Sequence record: CP084607.1
Length of the DNA: 32,000 nucleotides
Strand: one strand, 5' to 3'
Part shown: piece after piece, positions 1 through 11,951 of the stretch
Numbering within the stretch: the first letter of the stretch is position 1
Layout of the letters: the number at the start of each line of letters is the position of its first letter
The notes under the pieces: generated by a model
The model's input: only the letters and a program-made list of their open reading frames with translations
What the model was told of the DNA's origin: nothing
The model's database searches: none
Translations under genes and position numbers: made by a program

Positions 1-11
1 CAAGATCGTAA

Positions 12-1458
<1,447 letters not shown>

Positions 1459-1487
1459 TTTTTATCTATTCTTTATTAAATTTATCT

Positions 1488-1513
1488 TTACCCCAAAAAT
1501 CTTTTTGGGGTAA
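1488..1513 (+). terminator. 3' stem-loop downstream of rbcL
   Basis: Inverted repeat ttaccccaaaaa / tttttggggtaa about 30 nt after the rbcL stop. Plastid 3' inverted repeats usually act as RNA 3'-end processing or stability elements. Confidence 0.5.
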
Positions 1514-1573
1514 TTCATTTTTTATAACAAAAAAATTTTTAACTGATAATATACTTCGTTCTTTTGCCTTGGT

Positions 1574-1599
1574 CCTCAAAATTGTTCACAATTTTGAGG
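1574..1599. repeat. Dispersed palindromic repeat family A (CCTCAAAATTGTTCACAATTTTGAGG)
   Basis: 12-nt arms cctcaaaattgt/acaattttgagg. Degenerate relatives lie at 8512-8554, 10642-10663 (in rpoC1), 13998-14022 (in rpoB) and 27367-27392. Confidence 0.9.
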
Positions 1600-1732
1600 A
1601 AAGAAAGCAAAAAATTGAAAAATTTTATTTTTCTGGGTTCGGTTTCCTTGAAAAAAGATGTTTTTTTCAAGGAAAACATCAGGAAAATTCCTATTTTTCA
1701 AGGCACCAAAAACAAATAAGTTGAATTGATTT

Positions 1733-2034
1733 ATGGCAAAAAAAGCATGATTGAGCGTGATAGAAAACGTGCTCGTTTAATTACTAAATATGCATCAAAA
1801 CGAGAAAATCTCCTTGCACAAATTAAACAAGCAGGTTCATTAGAAGAAAAATTAAGTTTACATAGAAAATTACAACAATTACCACGAAATAGTGCCCCTG
1901 TTCGTGCCCATAATCGTTGTACAATTACTGGTCGACCTAGAGGATATTTTCGTGATTTCGGTTTATCCCGCCATGTTCTACGCGAATACGCACTACAAGG
2001 CTTTTTACCGGGCGTGGTTAAAGCTAGTTGGTAA
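1733..2034 (+). CDS. rps14: Ribosomal protein S14; conserved start codon one nt out of frame
   Basis: ORF 1726..2034 matches Rps14 (...[49 protein letters not shown]). The conserved N-terminus MAKKSMIER would start at ATG 1733 but needs A8, and the run 1738-1744 is A7. In-frame alternative starts are TTG 1726 and ATG 1747. Confidence 0.9.
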
Positions 2035-2044
2035 TAATTTTTTG

Positions 2045-2074
2045 AATAAAACAAAGGGAATTCTTTGTTTTATT
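2045..2074 (+). terminator. 3' stem-loop downstream of rps14
   Basis: 12-bp inverted repeat aataaaacaaag / ctttgttttatt with a 6-nt loop, starting 10 nt after the rps14 stop. Confidence 0.45.
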
Positions 2075-2365
2075 TAATTGCTAGTTCTATACTCAATTTA
2101 TAAACTAATGTTGAATGCATCATAAAATTTTTTGAGTTACAAGAAAACTTACAACAGTTTTTATAAACAAACGTTGTTTTTGTTGAAAAAGCTTAAAAGC
2201 AGAGTTGCTTTCAAAAAGTTTTAAAAACCAGCCGCTTCCAAAAAGAAACATTTTTGGAAAAACCTGTACTTGCGGTTTTCATAAATGTTGAATTTAATAA
2301 TTCTAGGAATTTTGAAATAACTGGTATTTTTTAATATTTTTAATAGATGAAATATTCCTCAACTC

Positions 2366-2399
2366 CCTTGCAGTTTTTCCGCGAAAAACTGCACGAAAG
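2366..2399 (+). repeat. Dispersed hairpin repeat family F
   Basis: ccttgcagtttttccgcgaaaaactgcacgaaag. About 33/35 identical to 13787-13821, in the same orientation. Confidence 0.85.
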
Positions 2400-2541
2400 A
2401 GCCTTTGACATTTTTTATTACTCAATTGCCTCACCTTTTTTATTTTTAAAGGAACGAGTAGTCTTTGAACAATAAAAACCGAAATTTTTCAAAGAATCTT
2501 TTCGTGTTCGTAACACTAGAATTATTAGGCTTTAGACAAAT

Positions 2542-2625
2542 TGCACCCAGTTGGGTTTGAACCAACGATGTTCTTTCGAAACCGCATTATGAGTGCGGTG
2601 CAATCGACCACTCTGCCATGGGTGC
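2542..2625 (-). tRNA. trnI(CAU): tRNA with CAU anticodon, most like plastid tRNA-Ile(CAU, lysidine type), with a 15-nt variable region
   Basis: The reverse complement GCACCCATGGCAGAGTGGTCGATTGCACCGCACTCATAATGCGGTTTCGAAAGAACATCGTTGGTTCAAACCCAACTGGGTGCA folds as a cloverleaf: acceptor GCACCCA/TGGGTGC, anticodon stem CCGCA/TGCGG, loop CTCATAA, T arm GTTGG-TTCAAAC-CCAAC. The 5' half and the CTCATAA loop resemble plastid trnI-CAU rather than initiator or elongator Met. It is 84 nt long because of an extra TTC-GAAA-GAA mini-hairpin in the variable region. Confidence 0.7.
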
Positions 2626-3158
2626 TCTTATTTATGATGGAATAAAATTGTGCTAAAACAACTCAAATCTTTTGATTTTTAGTCCTTTTAGTTGCTTTTC
2701 TTTACGGAAATATTTTTTCAATTCAAAATTCTGAGTTTAACTGGAGTTTTTTCTTAATTTTTTTTATTGCTTTTCTTTTAGAATTTTTGAATAAATTGGT
2801 TTATTTATTGCAAAAAAAAAAAAAATTTTTTTACTTTAGTATTTTAATCAATACAATGAAAAGGGGATTTCTTTTAGGATTCTTTTTAGAAGCTTTTAAA
2901 GTCGGAAGTTAACAAGTGAACATCCCGGCAGTTTATTTTCATAAAGTTCTATGTCAAAGTCAAGAAAAGTTTAAATCAAAATAAACATAAAAATTAAGAG
3001 ATTTTAAAATCCGCTTCCACAATTTAGAGTAACTTTTGGAAACAACTTGATGTCTTTTTTTTCAGGACGAAAAAAAGGCAAGGGTTCTTTTCCAAAAATG
3101 AAACTTTTTGAAACCAACGCAGAAAAACGGCATTCTTCAAGTAATGCCCCCAAAAAAG

Positions 3159-3191
3159 CTCTTCCCAAAAAGTATCAATTTTTGGGAAGAG
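3159..3191 (-). terminator. 3' stem-loop downstream of psaC
   Basis: 13-bp inverted repeat ctcttcccaaaaa / tttttgggaagag with a 7-nt loop, 17 nt beyond the psaC stop on the minus strand. Confidence 0.45.
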
Positions 3192-3207
3192 TCCCCGAAA
3201 AAACGTA

Positions 3208-3455
<248 letters not shown>

Positions 3456-3650
3456 TTAACACTCCTTTGTCTGTTATCGAACAAATATGTTGTTAGAAGA
3501 TTGAAGATGTATTCTTTACTATTGTACCAAAAAAAAAGAAAAAAACAAAACGTTTTTGTAAGATTTTATATTTGATAAACCAAATTAATCAGATTTTTAA
3601 AAAGGAGAGATAAAATGTGGTTCCTTGAAAAAAACATTTTTTCAGGTTTT

Positions 3651-3678
3651 TTCCAAAAATTTTCATAAATTTTTGGAA
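3651..3678. repeat. Dispersed hairpin repeat family D (TTCCAAAAATTTnnnAAATTTTTGGAA)
   Basis: ttccaaaaattttcataaatttttggaa followed by aagaacc. Other copies lie at 18408-18443, 20257-20290, 26715-26751 and 28819-28855, with looser ones at 10722-10755, 11668-11700 and 20170-20197. Confidence 0.8.
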
Positions 3679-3690
3679 AAGAACCAAAAT

Positions 3691-6600
3691 TTATTCTAAA
3701 TTTTGGAAAGAACTTAGTTTACCCGTAATTGGGTCAAAACCCTCTTGGCTTTGAGTAATTGGTATATTAAATTTGGGCAAATTAAAACAACCTGTTCCTG
3801 CTGGAATCATTTGACCTACAAGAAGATTCTCATGAAGACCTCTTAAAAAGTCAGTTTTTTTAGCAAGTGCACTTCTGACTAAAACTTTACTTACTTGTTG
3901 AAAACTTGCAGCAAGTAGAAAACTTTCTGATTGTAAAACACTTTTTGTAATACCTAAAACAATTGGCTCATAAGTTGGGCGTCGATAAGTGCCCTGCGCT
4001 GCCAGTTTTAAATTAAGTTCTTCAATAACTCGAAGTTGAACAAATTCCCCAGGAAGAAAACCTGTATCACCACCAGAAAGAATCCGAACTCGGGTTGTCA
4101 TTTGACGGACCACAATTTCAACGTGTTTTTCGTCTATATGGACACCTTGATTTGAATAAGCCTCTAAAATACTTTTCACTAAAAAAAGTTGAATATATCG
4201 TACACTCAATTCAACTGCTTCTGAAATAGGTTTAACTTTTTTGCAAGCCGAAACATATAATTCAAACGTTCATGGACATTATTTCGAACTTTTTGTCCAC
4301 CTTGGGTCTCCCGTGCTTCAAAAAGTTGTTCAATTTTTGGTATTCCTTGAACGATATCTTCTGTTTGTAGTCGTTTTGATTTTAATGTTATAAGGAGCTG
4401 GTTTTTTTCAATTAAATCTTGATCTGTAACATGAATTAAACAAGATGGGGATGCTAAAAAAGGAACAGCTTTTCGACAGTAAGTTTAGTTGCTGTTACTT
4501 TCATAATTTGACCGTTGAGAGAACTTGCAAAATTTGATAAAAGTTTTTGACCCCATCGAACACCTCTCCCACACTGCATAAATTGATTTTTCTCAGGCCC
4601 AAAGTCATTTTTTGGCAGCATTAGGGCGAAAATATCCTGAGTTCGAAGAATACTAATAAATAATTCTTCCTTTTGGGTATAATTCAAACGATATTTTTTT
4701 GCTCGTTCCGTAGCAAGAAAAAGTTTTGGTTGAATACGTCGAAATTCTCCTGCTTTTGGCGATGTCATAAATAGCCTCGTTACCGTAAAATTTGGTAATA
4801 TCCAATCGTCCGAAAAAGTTTGAAATTTTGAAATAGCATCTTTGTTAAAACTGATATTTCGCGCGATAAGGATTTTCAACGCTGTTTGAGGTTTTTGTTG
4901 AACTTGTTCAAATTTTCGAAACATTCTGGGCGTACGAATTTCAAGCTGTATTTTCAAAAAATTTGCCTTTGATATCCAACCACTTGTACTAACTATTTGA
5001 ATTTGAAAATTAAATTTTGGGTGTTCGTTTGTCAAAAACAATTTATCGGTTTTAAATTGTTTTGTGGATAGCGGAGAAGTTATTGAAAACTTTACTGGCG
5101 ATTTATTTTGAAGAAGCCATTTTTCATAAAAATATTTTTTATCTGGAACAAAATGATCCGAATTTTTTTGAAAACAAGCAAAATAAGATACAGGTCGTTT
5201 AGCCTTTATAGATACACTTAACGGCGTGAACTTTCTAGTATTTTTCTTGTTTGTAGTAGTTTTTTTAGTATTTGTTGATTGGTTTTTTTTTATAAAAAGA
5301 AAATTGGCTAAGTACCTTTATAGAGAATTTTGTAGAAAATCTATTTAGTGGGTCTAGATTTGTTCCCAACCCCTGGTTTTGTGGTATGACAGTATTGTTT
5401 TTCAAGAAACAGACAAATTTTGAATTTAGGGATAAAATTTCCTGACTTGAATAAGAAAATAAAGGTCCTCTCAACTTCCGTTCAGGAATCGTTTGTGTTA
5501 AGTTTAGTTCTTTAAAGATCTTGGGTAGATTCTTCTGAAAAGAGTGCTTTGATAGATCTGAAATCGAGTCAAAAGTAAACAAAGAAGTCCCTTGTTTTGA
5601 TCTAATAATAAACACGTTTGCAGCAGAAAGCATATTTACCGAAACATATGAATGGCCGAACGAAAGGCCTTTAAATTTTTGACCTGGTTGTAAAAGGATG
5701 CCCGTAAATTGCGATCTAAAATCATTTATACGAGTGGCATCCAAAACACATAACCAAGTTTGTTGTTTATGGACTAGTTTTGAAGTGTTTCCGCCTTGAA
5801 TCAGGAATTTTTGTGGCTCTTTCCAAATTTTTTTAGAAAAACTGAGAAGTTCAAATGTTGTCTTTTCTGCTTTTTGTCTTTTTTGATTCCAAAAAAGACA
5901 CCAAAAGGGGAATTTTTTACTACCGTGTGGGTAGACCTTTGTTTTGGTAACCATACAATTTTTGAATCTTGTTTTAAGTGAAAAAGCCCTTTTCGTGAAA
6001 GAGAAAGCTCATCTCCCGTGATAATAAAACATGATGAAGGGCTCTCCAAGAATTTGAAAGAGTGGTGTCTTTTTTGTTCCTTTCCTCCAAATTGTGTACA
6101 ATTTGGAGGACCAGGCAAAGCACATAATTCGCCTTTTCGAAAAACAAACACTTGATTTTTCGCCGATAAAAATTTTTCTTGAAAGTGACCGTGTTTAATT
6201 TGTCCTTTTTCTTTCCAAAATGAGTAGTTTTTTGATTCTCAAGTACAAAAAGATAACCAGAGAACGGTAGTTCCAGGTTCTTTACATTTGGATACCAAGT
6301 GACGTGGGTAGAATCGGTCCTTGTGGTATAAGCAACAACACTTTTCTTTTCAACCAAAAAGTAAAAAATTCCGAAATAGTAAATTTGAGAAAAAGCTATT
6401 TGGTGTGAATTTTGTATAAAAATAAAATCTTTTTGGTGTTTTTTTTTTTTAATTCCTTTTGTAGAAATTTGAAGATTATATTGAAATATTGGAGTTTTTA
6501 ATGACAGCCGATCCCCTTTAATAAAAAAGGAAGATGCAAAAGCCGGTTGTTTCTGAATAAAACCTGAAACAACCCAAAATGTTCCTAATTTACGGACATA

Positions 6601-8284
6601 TGAAACAGTTGGAGTAATTTCTTCTTCGTATTTATTTTTTGGGCCGATTTTGTGAATTTCTTCAAGTGTTTGTACCCATAAAGATTCGCAAACAAGTTCA
6701 CCAGACAAGGGTGATTGAACAGGATGAGTAGATTCAGGCATCTCCTGTTTTGCTGTTTCAAGACGTGATGCTTGAACTAAAAGTTGCCCGGATTTAACCT
6801 TTTCCCCTTGTTTTACCCATAAAAGACTTCCTACAGGGACGTCCGCTTGTTTAATTTCATAAACTTGAGAAGTTGGAGAAATTAATCTAACCAAAATTTG
6901 TTCGTTATTTTTCGATTGATTTTTGATTAAGTACACAATTTTTCCATGTGGTGTACGGACCATAATACCGGGAACAGATTCTTGAAACTCGATCTTTCCA
7001 GGAAACGGGGCGGTAAAGGATTTCATTGCTTGTTCAGAAAAAACCCCAACACCACCAGTATGAAAAGTTCTCATTGTTAATTGCGTACCGGGCTCTCCAA
7101 TGGATTGAGCTGCAATAATCCCAACAGCCTCACCAAGACTTACCAATTTTCCTTGTCCTAAATCAAGACCATAACACAACTGGCAGACTGATTTTTGTGT
7201 TTTACAAGTCAAAGGTGAACGAACATGAATTTCTTGAAATTTCGCTGCCAGTTGTTTTGCTAAACGTGCAGAAACGAGTGTATCTTTTGGAATAATAGTA
7301 TTCTCGATGTCTAAACAAACATCGTGTAAAAGAACACGACCAACAAGCCTTTTTCTAAGTTCTTATTTTTAAGAAGGATTCCTTTTTGTGTGTGACAATT
7401 TCGTACCTGAATTACAACGTGCTGAACTGCATCAACTAAACGGCGAGTTAAGTAACCAGAAGTTGCTGTTCGTAAAGCGGTATCAACTAATCCTTTTCGG
7501 GCCCCATAACATGAAAGAAGATATTCTGTGACAGTTAAGCCTTCACGAAAATTACTTTGAATTGGGAATTCGAGAATTGCCCCTTGTGGATCCGCCATTA
7601 ACCCTCGCATTGCTACTAATTGTCGAACCTGTGAAATATTTCCTCTAGCTCCGGAAAAAGCCATCATATAGACTGGATTAACTGGATTTGTTGTTCGAAA
7701 ATTCTGAACAGCTGCTTGTCGCAGAGTGTCACTAGTTTCGTTCCAACTGTCAATTAAACGTTGCGATTTTTCGACATTGGTAAGATTCCCAGCTGCGTAA
7801 GCCTGGGAGGCTTCTTTCCCCTTTTCTGTAGATTGATAAAGAAGTGGGCCTTTTTGCGGTGGTATTTGTAAATCATCAACCCCTAAAGAGATACCTGCAC
7901 GTGTAGCTTGACTAAACCCTATTTGTTTTAAAGTTTCAACAAGGTCAACAGTCTTTTTTCACCATATTTTTCTAAAAACCAAGCAATCAGTGTTTTAAGG
8001 TGGTTTTTGTCAAAACAAGTATTGAAAAAAATATTCGGAATTTGTTTTTCCGAAATATCGAGAGATTTTAAAATCTGATCATTTTGAATCGTCTCAATTT
8101 CTAATTGATTTTTTATTGCTCGGACCACTAGTTGATTTTCTCTACCATAAGCCGCCATAGCGTGGTTTCGGGTTGAAACCAACATATTTTTTCCAACTAA
8201 AAAAGAATTAAATTTTTTTTTGAAAACTATTCCACATGCCTGAGCTGTCGGTGGATCTGTTTTCCAATTTATTTGTTTTCTCAT
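3691..8284 (-). CDS. rpoC2: RNA polymerase beta'' subunit, expanded and fragmented over at least 7 frame changes
   Basis: Collinear minus-strand ORFs 7928..8284 ([25 protein letters not shown]), 7311..7667 ([29 protein letters not shown]...[13 protein letters not shown]), 5974..7212 ([46 protein letters not shown]), 5265..5954, 4454..5041 and 3691..4209 ([22 protein letters not shown]...[17 protein letters not shown]). Hand translation bridges the gaps, for example [17 protein letters not shown] at about 4300. Located breaks: T6 4237-4242, A6 4456-4461, T5 7350-7354, T6 7954-7959. Confidence 0.9.
6084..6109. repeat. Dispersed palindromic repeat family B, inside rpoC2
   Basis: cctccaaattgtgtacaatttggagg with the flank ttcctttcc. 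It is translated as PPNCTQFGG in ORF 5801..6151. Confidence 0.9.
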
Positions 8285-8328
8285 AGTTTTTTTATTTTTT
8301 TAGAATATAGATTTTTACAAATACTTTC

Positions 8329-8356
8329 GGTGCCTTTTTTGAGGCCAAAAAAGGCA
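8329..8356. repeat. Dispersed hairpin repeat family E (GGTGCCTTTTTTGAnnnCAAAAAAGGCA)
   Basis: ggtgccttttttgaggccaaaaaaggca followed by ataaaat. Other copies lie at 8475-8503, 10666-10692 (in rpoC1), 20222-20249, 21646-21672, 30061-30096 and 31125-31160 (in tilS). Confidence 0.8.
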
Positions 8357-8643
8357 ATAAAATTTCTTGAAATTTTTGGAAAAACATTGGTATCATGCTT
8401 TGGGAAAACTTTTTTTTTACAATAAAAAAGTTAAATGGTCCTTTACATAGTCATTGTCTTTTTTGATGTCTTTCGGTGCTTTTTTTTGAGTAAAAAAAAG
8501 GCAATAAAATTGGGAACAATTTTGAGGACCAAGGCGTTTCTCAAAATTGTTCCCAATTTTTAGGACGAACTAACTTGAAGAAAGATTTTTCTGCGTTCTT
8601 TGAACCATGAAAAAACGTTCGTCTTTTCAAAGAAATATGTTTT

Positions 8644-11546
8644 TTAGTAATTGTCTCCTGCTGAAAAAGATTTTGTAGAGTCAAAAACCCATGACTGCAT
8701 AAATACTCTTCCAGTAGTTGTACGGACAAAATGTGTGGTCTTTAGACATAGTGTTCCTTTCCATTCAATGGATTGGTAGGGCTTGTTAATATTTTGTTGA
8801 ATATTAAAAAGTTGACAATTCTCTAAAAATAATGTTTCTATGTAGCCAGAAGGCTCAATTCGGGTTTCAAGAAGATTTTCCTTTAGACGGCAAGCTGTTT
8901 CTGATTGAAAAGATTGAACAAAACCAAACCATTTGATCCAAATTGGTGTGTGTAATGTAAGAAATCCACGGTCATAAGCCGCTTTAACTTGAAAACTGTC
9001 GCAAAAATAAAAAGTGGATGGTTTTGAGCGTGTTAGTTGATTTCCAAAATTTTTCCACGACTTTTGGTAAAAAGAAAGAAACACCTTTTTATCTAGCGCC
9101 TTTTTACTGGGAATTGAGCTGTGTAAAGGCTTGATTCCTTTTTCAAGAGAACAGGTAAGATAATAAAAGCCCAGAACCATATCTTGTGTGGGTAATAAAA
9201 GAGGCTGACCCGATGCAGGAGCTAATACATGATTTCTAGCCCATAGCAATGTTAAAGCTTCTGCTCGTGTTTTTGCTGAAAGCGGAACATGAACAGCCAT
9301 TTGATCTCCATCGAAATCTGCATTAAAAGCTGGACAAACTAATGGATGTAATAAAATGGCTTTCCCTTCTACCAATCGGGGTAAAAATGCTTGAATACCC
9401 AAACGATGTAAGGTAGGAGCGCGATTTAGTAAAACAGGATGAGTTCGTAAAATTTCACCTAAAATTGACCAAATTATTGGCTTTCTTTCAGCTATCAATG
9501 TTTTTGCAGCCAGTGTTGTGGCAGCCAGGCCTCTTTTTCTTAATCGTTGAATGATAAAAGGTTGAAAAAGCTCGATAGCCATTTGTTTTGGAAGACCACA
9601 TTCATGAAGTTTTAACTCAGGGCCGACTACAATAACAGATCGACCAGAGTAATCTACTCTTTTACCGAGTAAATGTTGTCGAAATCGTCCTTGTTTTCCT
9701 TTAAGTCCATCTAAAAGAGATTTTAAAGGTCTACCCGACTCTACACCACCTTTTTTAAAGAGTTCATCAACGGCGTCTTGAACTTGTCTTAAAAGAAAAC
9801 TATAAGAATGCCAACTCCCGTCTAAGGCAGTATCAAAAACTCCAAAAGGTAAACCTTGCGATATGCGATTATTTCGAATTAAAACCTTGCGATAGAAGGT
9901 ATTAACGTCGGAAACAACTAACACACCCCCAATAGAAGTAATTGGTCTTAGACCTGGCGGTAATACTGGTAAATTGCTTAATAGCATCCATGCTGGTTGA
10001 GTTTTTCCTCTTTTGAAATCCCGAAAGAGTTCTAATTGTCGTTTCCATTTAAGCAAAATTTGTTGTAATCGAACAATTTTTAATCGAACCTTTTTAATTT
10101 CGAGCTTATTTTTTGCATATGCTAAGCTTTCCCGAAGTCGTTGAAGAACAATTTGTCCTTGAGCAGATTGGAGACTAATTTCATTTTGAAGCCCACTCAA
10201 ATCAAAATGTGCCAAAATTTGTTGGAGTGCAAAGCCACTAGTTTGAATAGGATGAAATTGTTCATGTCTTGGAATTTCCTGATCATGTTTTTTAACTGCT
10301 TTAACAAAAGCATAATATGAAATACTAGACTCGTAATAAAAAGGTTTTTCCCATAAATAGTAAAGAAACGTTTGAAACTCTTCGACTTTTAACCATGTGG
10401 CATCATACCCGATACCATATAACCTGATTTCTTGAATTCCGTGATTAAAAACTAAAAAAGGTATTTTTTTTTTTTTTTTTGTCCCCAAATAAGCGAGGCG
10501 GTTGGTTCTGGTTCAACCTTTTCTTGAATTTAGAATGATAATTGATGGTATCTTTTTTTTTTTGTTCCATTCCTTCCAATTGTTCAAAATTTGGAACACT
10601 AAGACAAGAAATAGTTGAAGTTTCGTTTTCTTTGTCCTGGTCCTCAAAATTGGTTTCAATTTTATTGCCTTTTTGACATCAAGAAAGGCATCGAAGGTCT
10701 TCTCAACGGAAGTTGAGGAATCATTTCCAAAATTTTTTAAAAATTTTGGACCAGCACCGTCATTCAATTTCTTTTTTAACAAAGAAACAGCTAATGGAGT
10801 TTTTTAAAAATTAATGAGGGTCGCACAGGAAGAAGATAAAAGTTCTCTGACCAATTTTCAATTTTTGGAACAAAAACCTGCCTAAGAGTCGGCCTTTCTA
10901 AAGATGCTTTTGGTCGAAAAACAAGGTCTGTCTCAAAAATCGTAACTTTAATACGCTTTTGCAACTTTTTAGGTTTTGTGTCGTCTAGTTGAAAAAAGTT
11001 AAAAGATTCATACTTAGAACGGAAGGTTGTAAAAATTGGTGGCAAAGAAGAAAACTCTACACATTTCATGATTGCTTGAAGCCTTCTAGTGGACCAATTA
11101 AGACATAAACTTATTGGAGATGGGCGGTGTGAAGCATACAATGTATGAACAACAGGCTGTTTAAGTTTAATATAGCCAAGTCGATATCGTCGAATTCGTG
11201 AATAAGTTCGTTCAACCTTACATTTTGAACAAAACGTTCTCGCCTTTCCAAAACTCAAAGTGGTTCTAACAAATTCACTTTTTGAACCTGTTGCTTTCTT
11301 TGGTAAACCTTTTGATGATTTTTTTCCACAAGCGCAAGTAAAATCAACTGTTGGGCCAAAAATTTTTTCACAAAACAGCCCATTGGGTTCCGGTTTTAAT
11401 GTTTTATAATTTACTGTTTCTGGACTTGTTACTTCACCAACAAGCTCACCAGTAGGAAGAAATCGTTCTGCCCAAAGTCGAATTTGTTTTGGCGAAGCAA
11501 CACCAATTTCTAATTTGTCAAAAAGTCGAGCTTTTCTTAGAGTCAT
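8644..11546 (-). CDS. rpoC1: RNA polymerase beta' subunit, with a repeat-built insertion and broken frame
   Basis: ORF 10791..11639 contains [28 protein letters not shown]...[10 protein letters not shown]...[18 protein letters not shown]; ATG 11546 is the likely start, and upstream codons are translated repeat. ORF 8644..10488 contains [55 protein letters not shown] and [16 protein letters not shown]. The segment of about 10490-10800 between them is repeat sequence with T17 and T11 runs, one frame change and an in-frame TGA (10513-10515). Confidence 0.9.
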
Positions 11547-11633
11547 AATTTTAGGAATAAATTGGCATTTTTTTCCATAAATTTTCAAAAATTTATGAAA
11601 CGGCGTTTTTTTCCTTGAAAAATCCCATTTGGT

Positions 11634-11659
11634 CCTCAAAATTGTTCACAATTTTGAGG
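11634..11659. repeat. Family A palindrome with a shared 5' flank
   Basis: Identical 26-mer. Including the flank tttccttgaaaaatcccatttgg (from 11609), it is repeated in inverted orientation at 17801-17851. Confidence 0.9.
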
Positions 11660-11830
11660 AAAGGTATTTTCCAAAATTTTGAGAAATTTTGGGAACCGAA
11701 CGCAGAACCTTTTTTGCTATATTACAAAAACGGCAAAAAACGTTGATAAGTCTAAGCAATTTTTAGTTTTTTCGTTTTTAACGTTAAATTAAAAAATAAA
11801 CATTTTTGCATTAAACACTTTTGCTTTTTT

Positions 11831-11910
11831 TGGTTACCTTGAAAAATTTCATTTGGTCCTCAAAATTGTTCACAATTTTGAGGACCAAATGAATTTTTTC
11901 AAGGTAACCA
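11831..11910. repeat. 80-nt near-perfect palindrome (39-nt arms, 1 mismatch) in the rpoB-rpoC1 spacer
   Basis: tggttaccttgaaaaatttcatttggtcctcaaaattgt tc acaattttgaggaccaaatgaattttttcaaggtaacca. It is built around a family-A core and starts 42 nt downstream of the rpoB stop. Confidence 0.9.
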
Positions 11911-11951
11911 AAAGAAGCTAGAAGTAAATAAAACGAAAGAGCTGGCGTTAC

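Noticed and set aside
1731-2054. Antisense or overlapping ORFs in the six-frame track: 1731..2054(-), 1892..2077(+), 5796..5981(+), 12509..12694(+), 12917..13159(+), 14495..14704(+), 15112..15324(+), 19033..19233(-), 19262..19549(-), 19637..19828(-)
   Set aside because: They lie opposite to, or out of frame with, strongly conserved genes (rps14, rpoC2, rpoB, accD). They show no recognisable motifs and are the expected shadow ORFs in AT-rich coding DNA.
10513-10515. Reassignment of TGA to a sense codon, given that no gene in the window ends in TGA
   Set aside because: Only one in-frame TGA was seen. It lies in non-conserved, repeat-derived sequence flanked by T11 and T17 runs, where the frame itself is uncertain. 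TAA/TAG dominance is expected in an AT-rich plastome.
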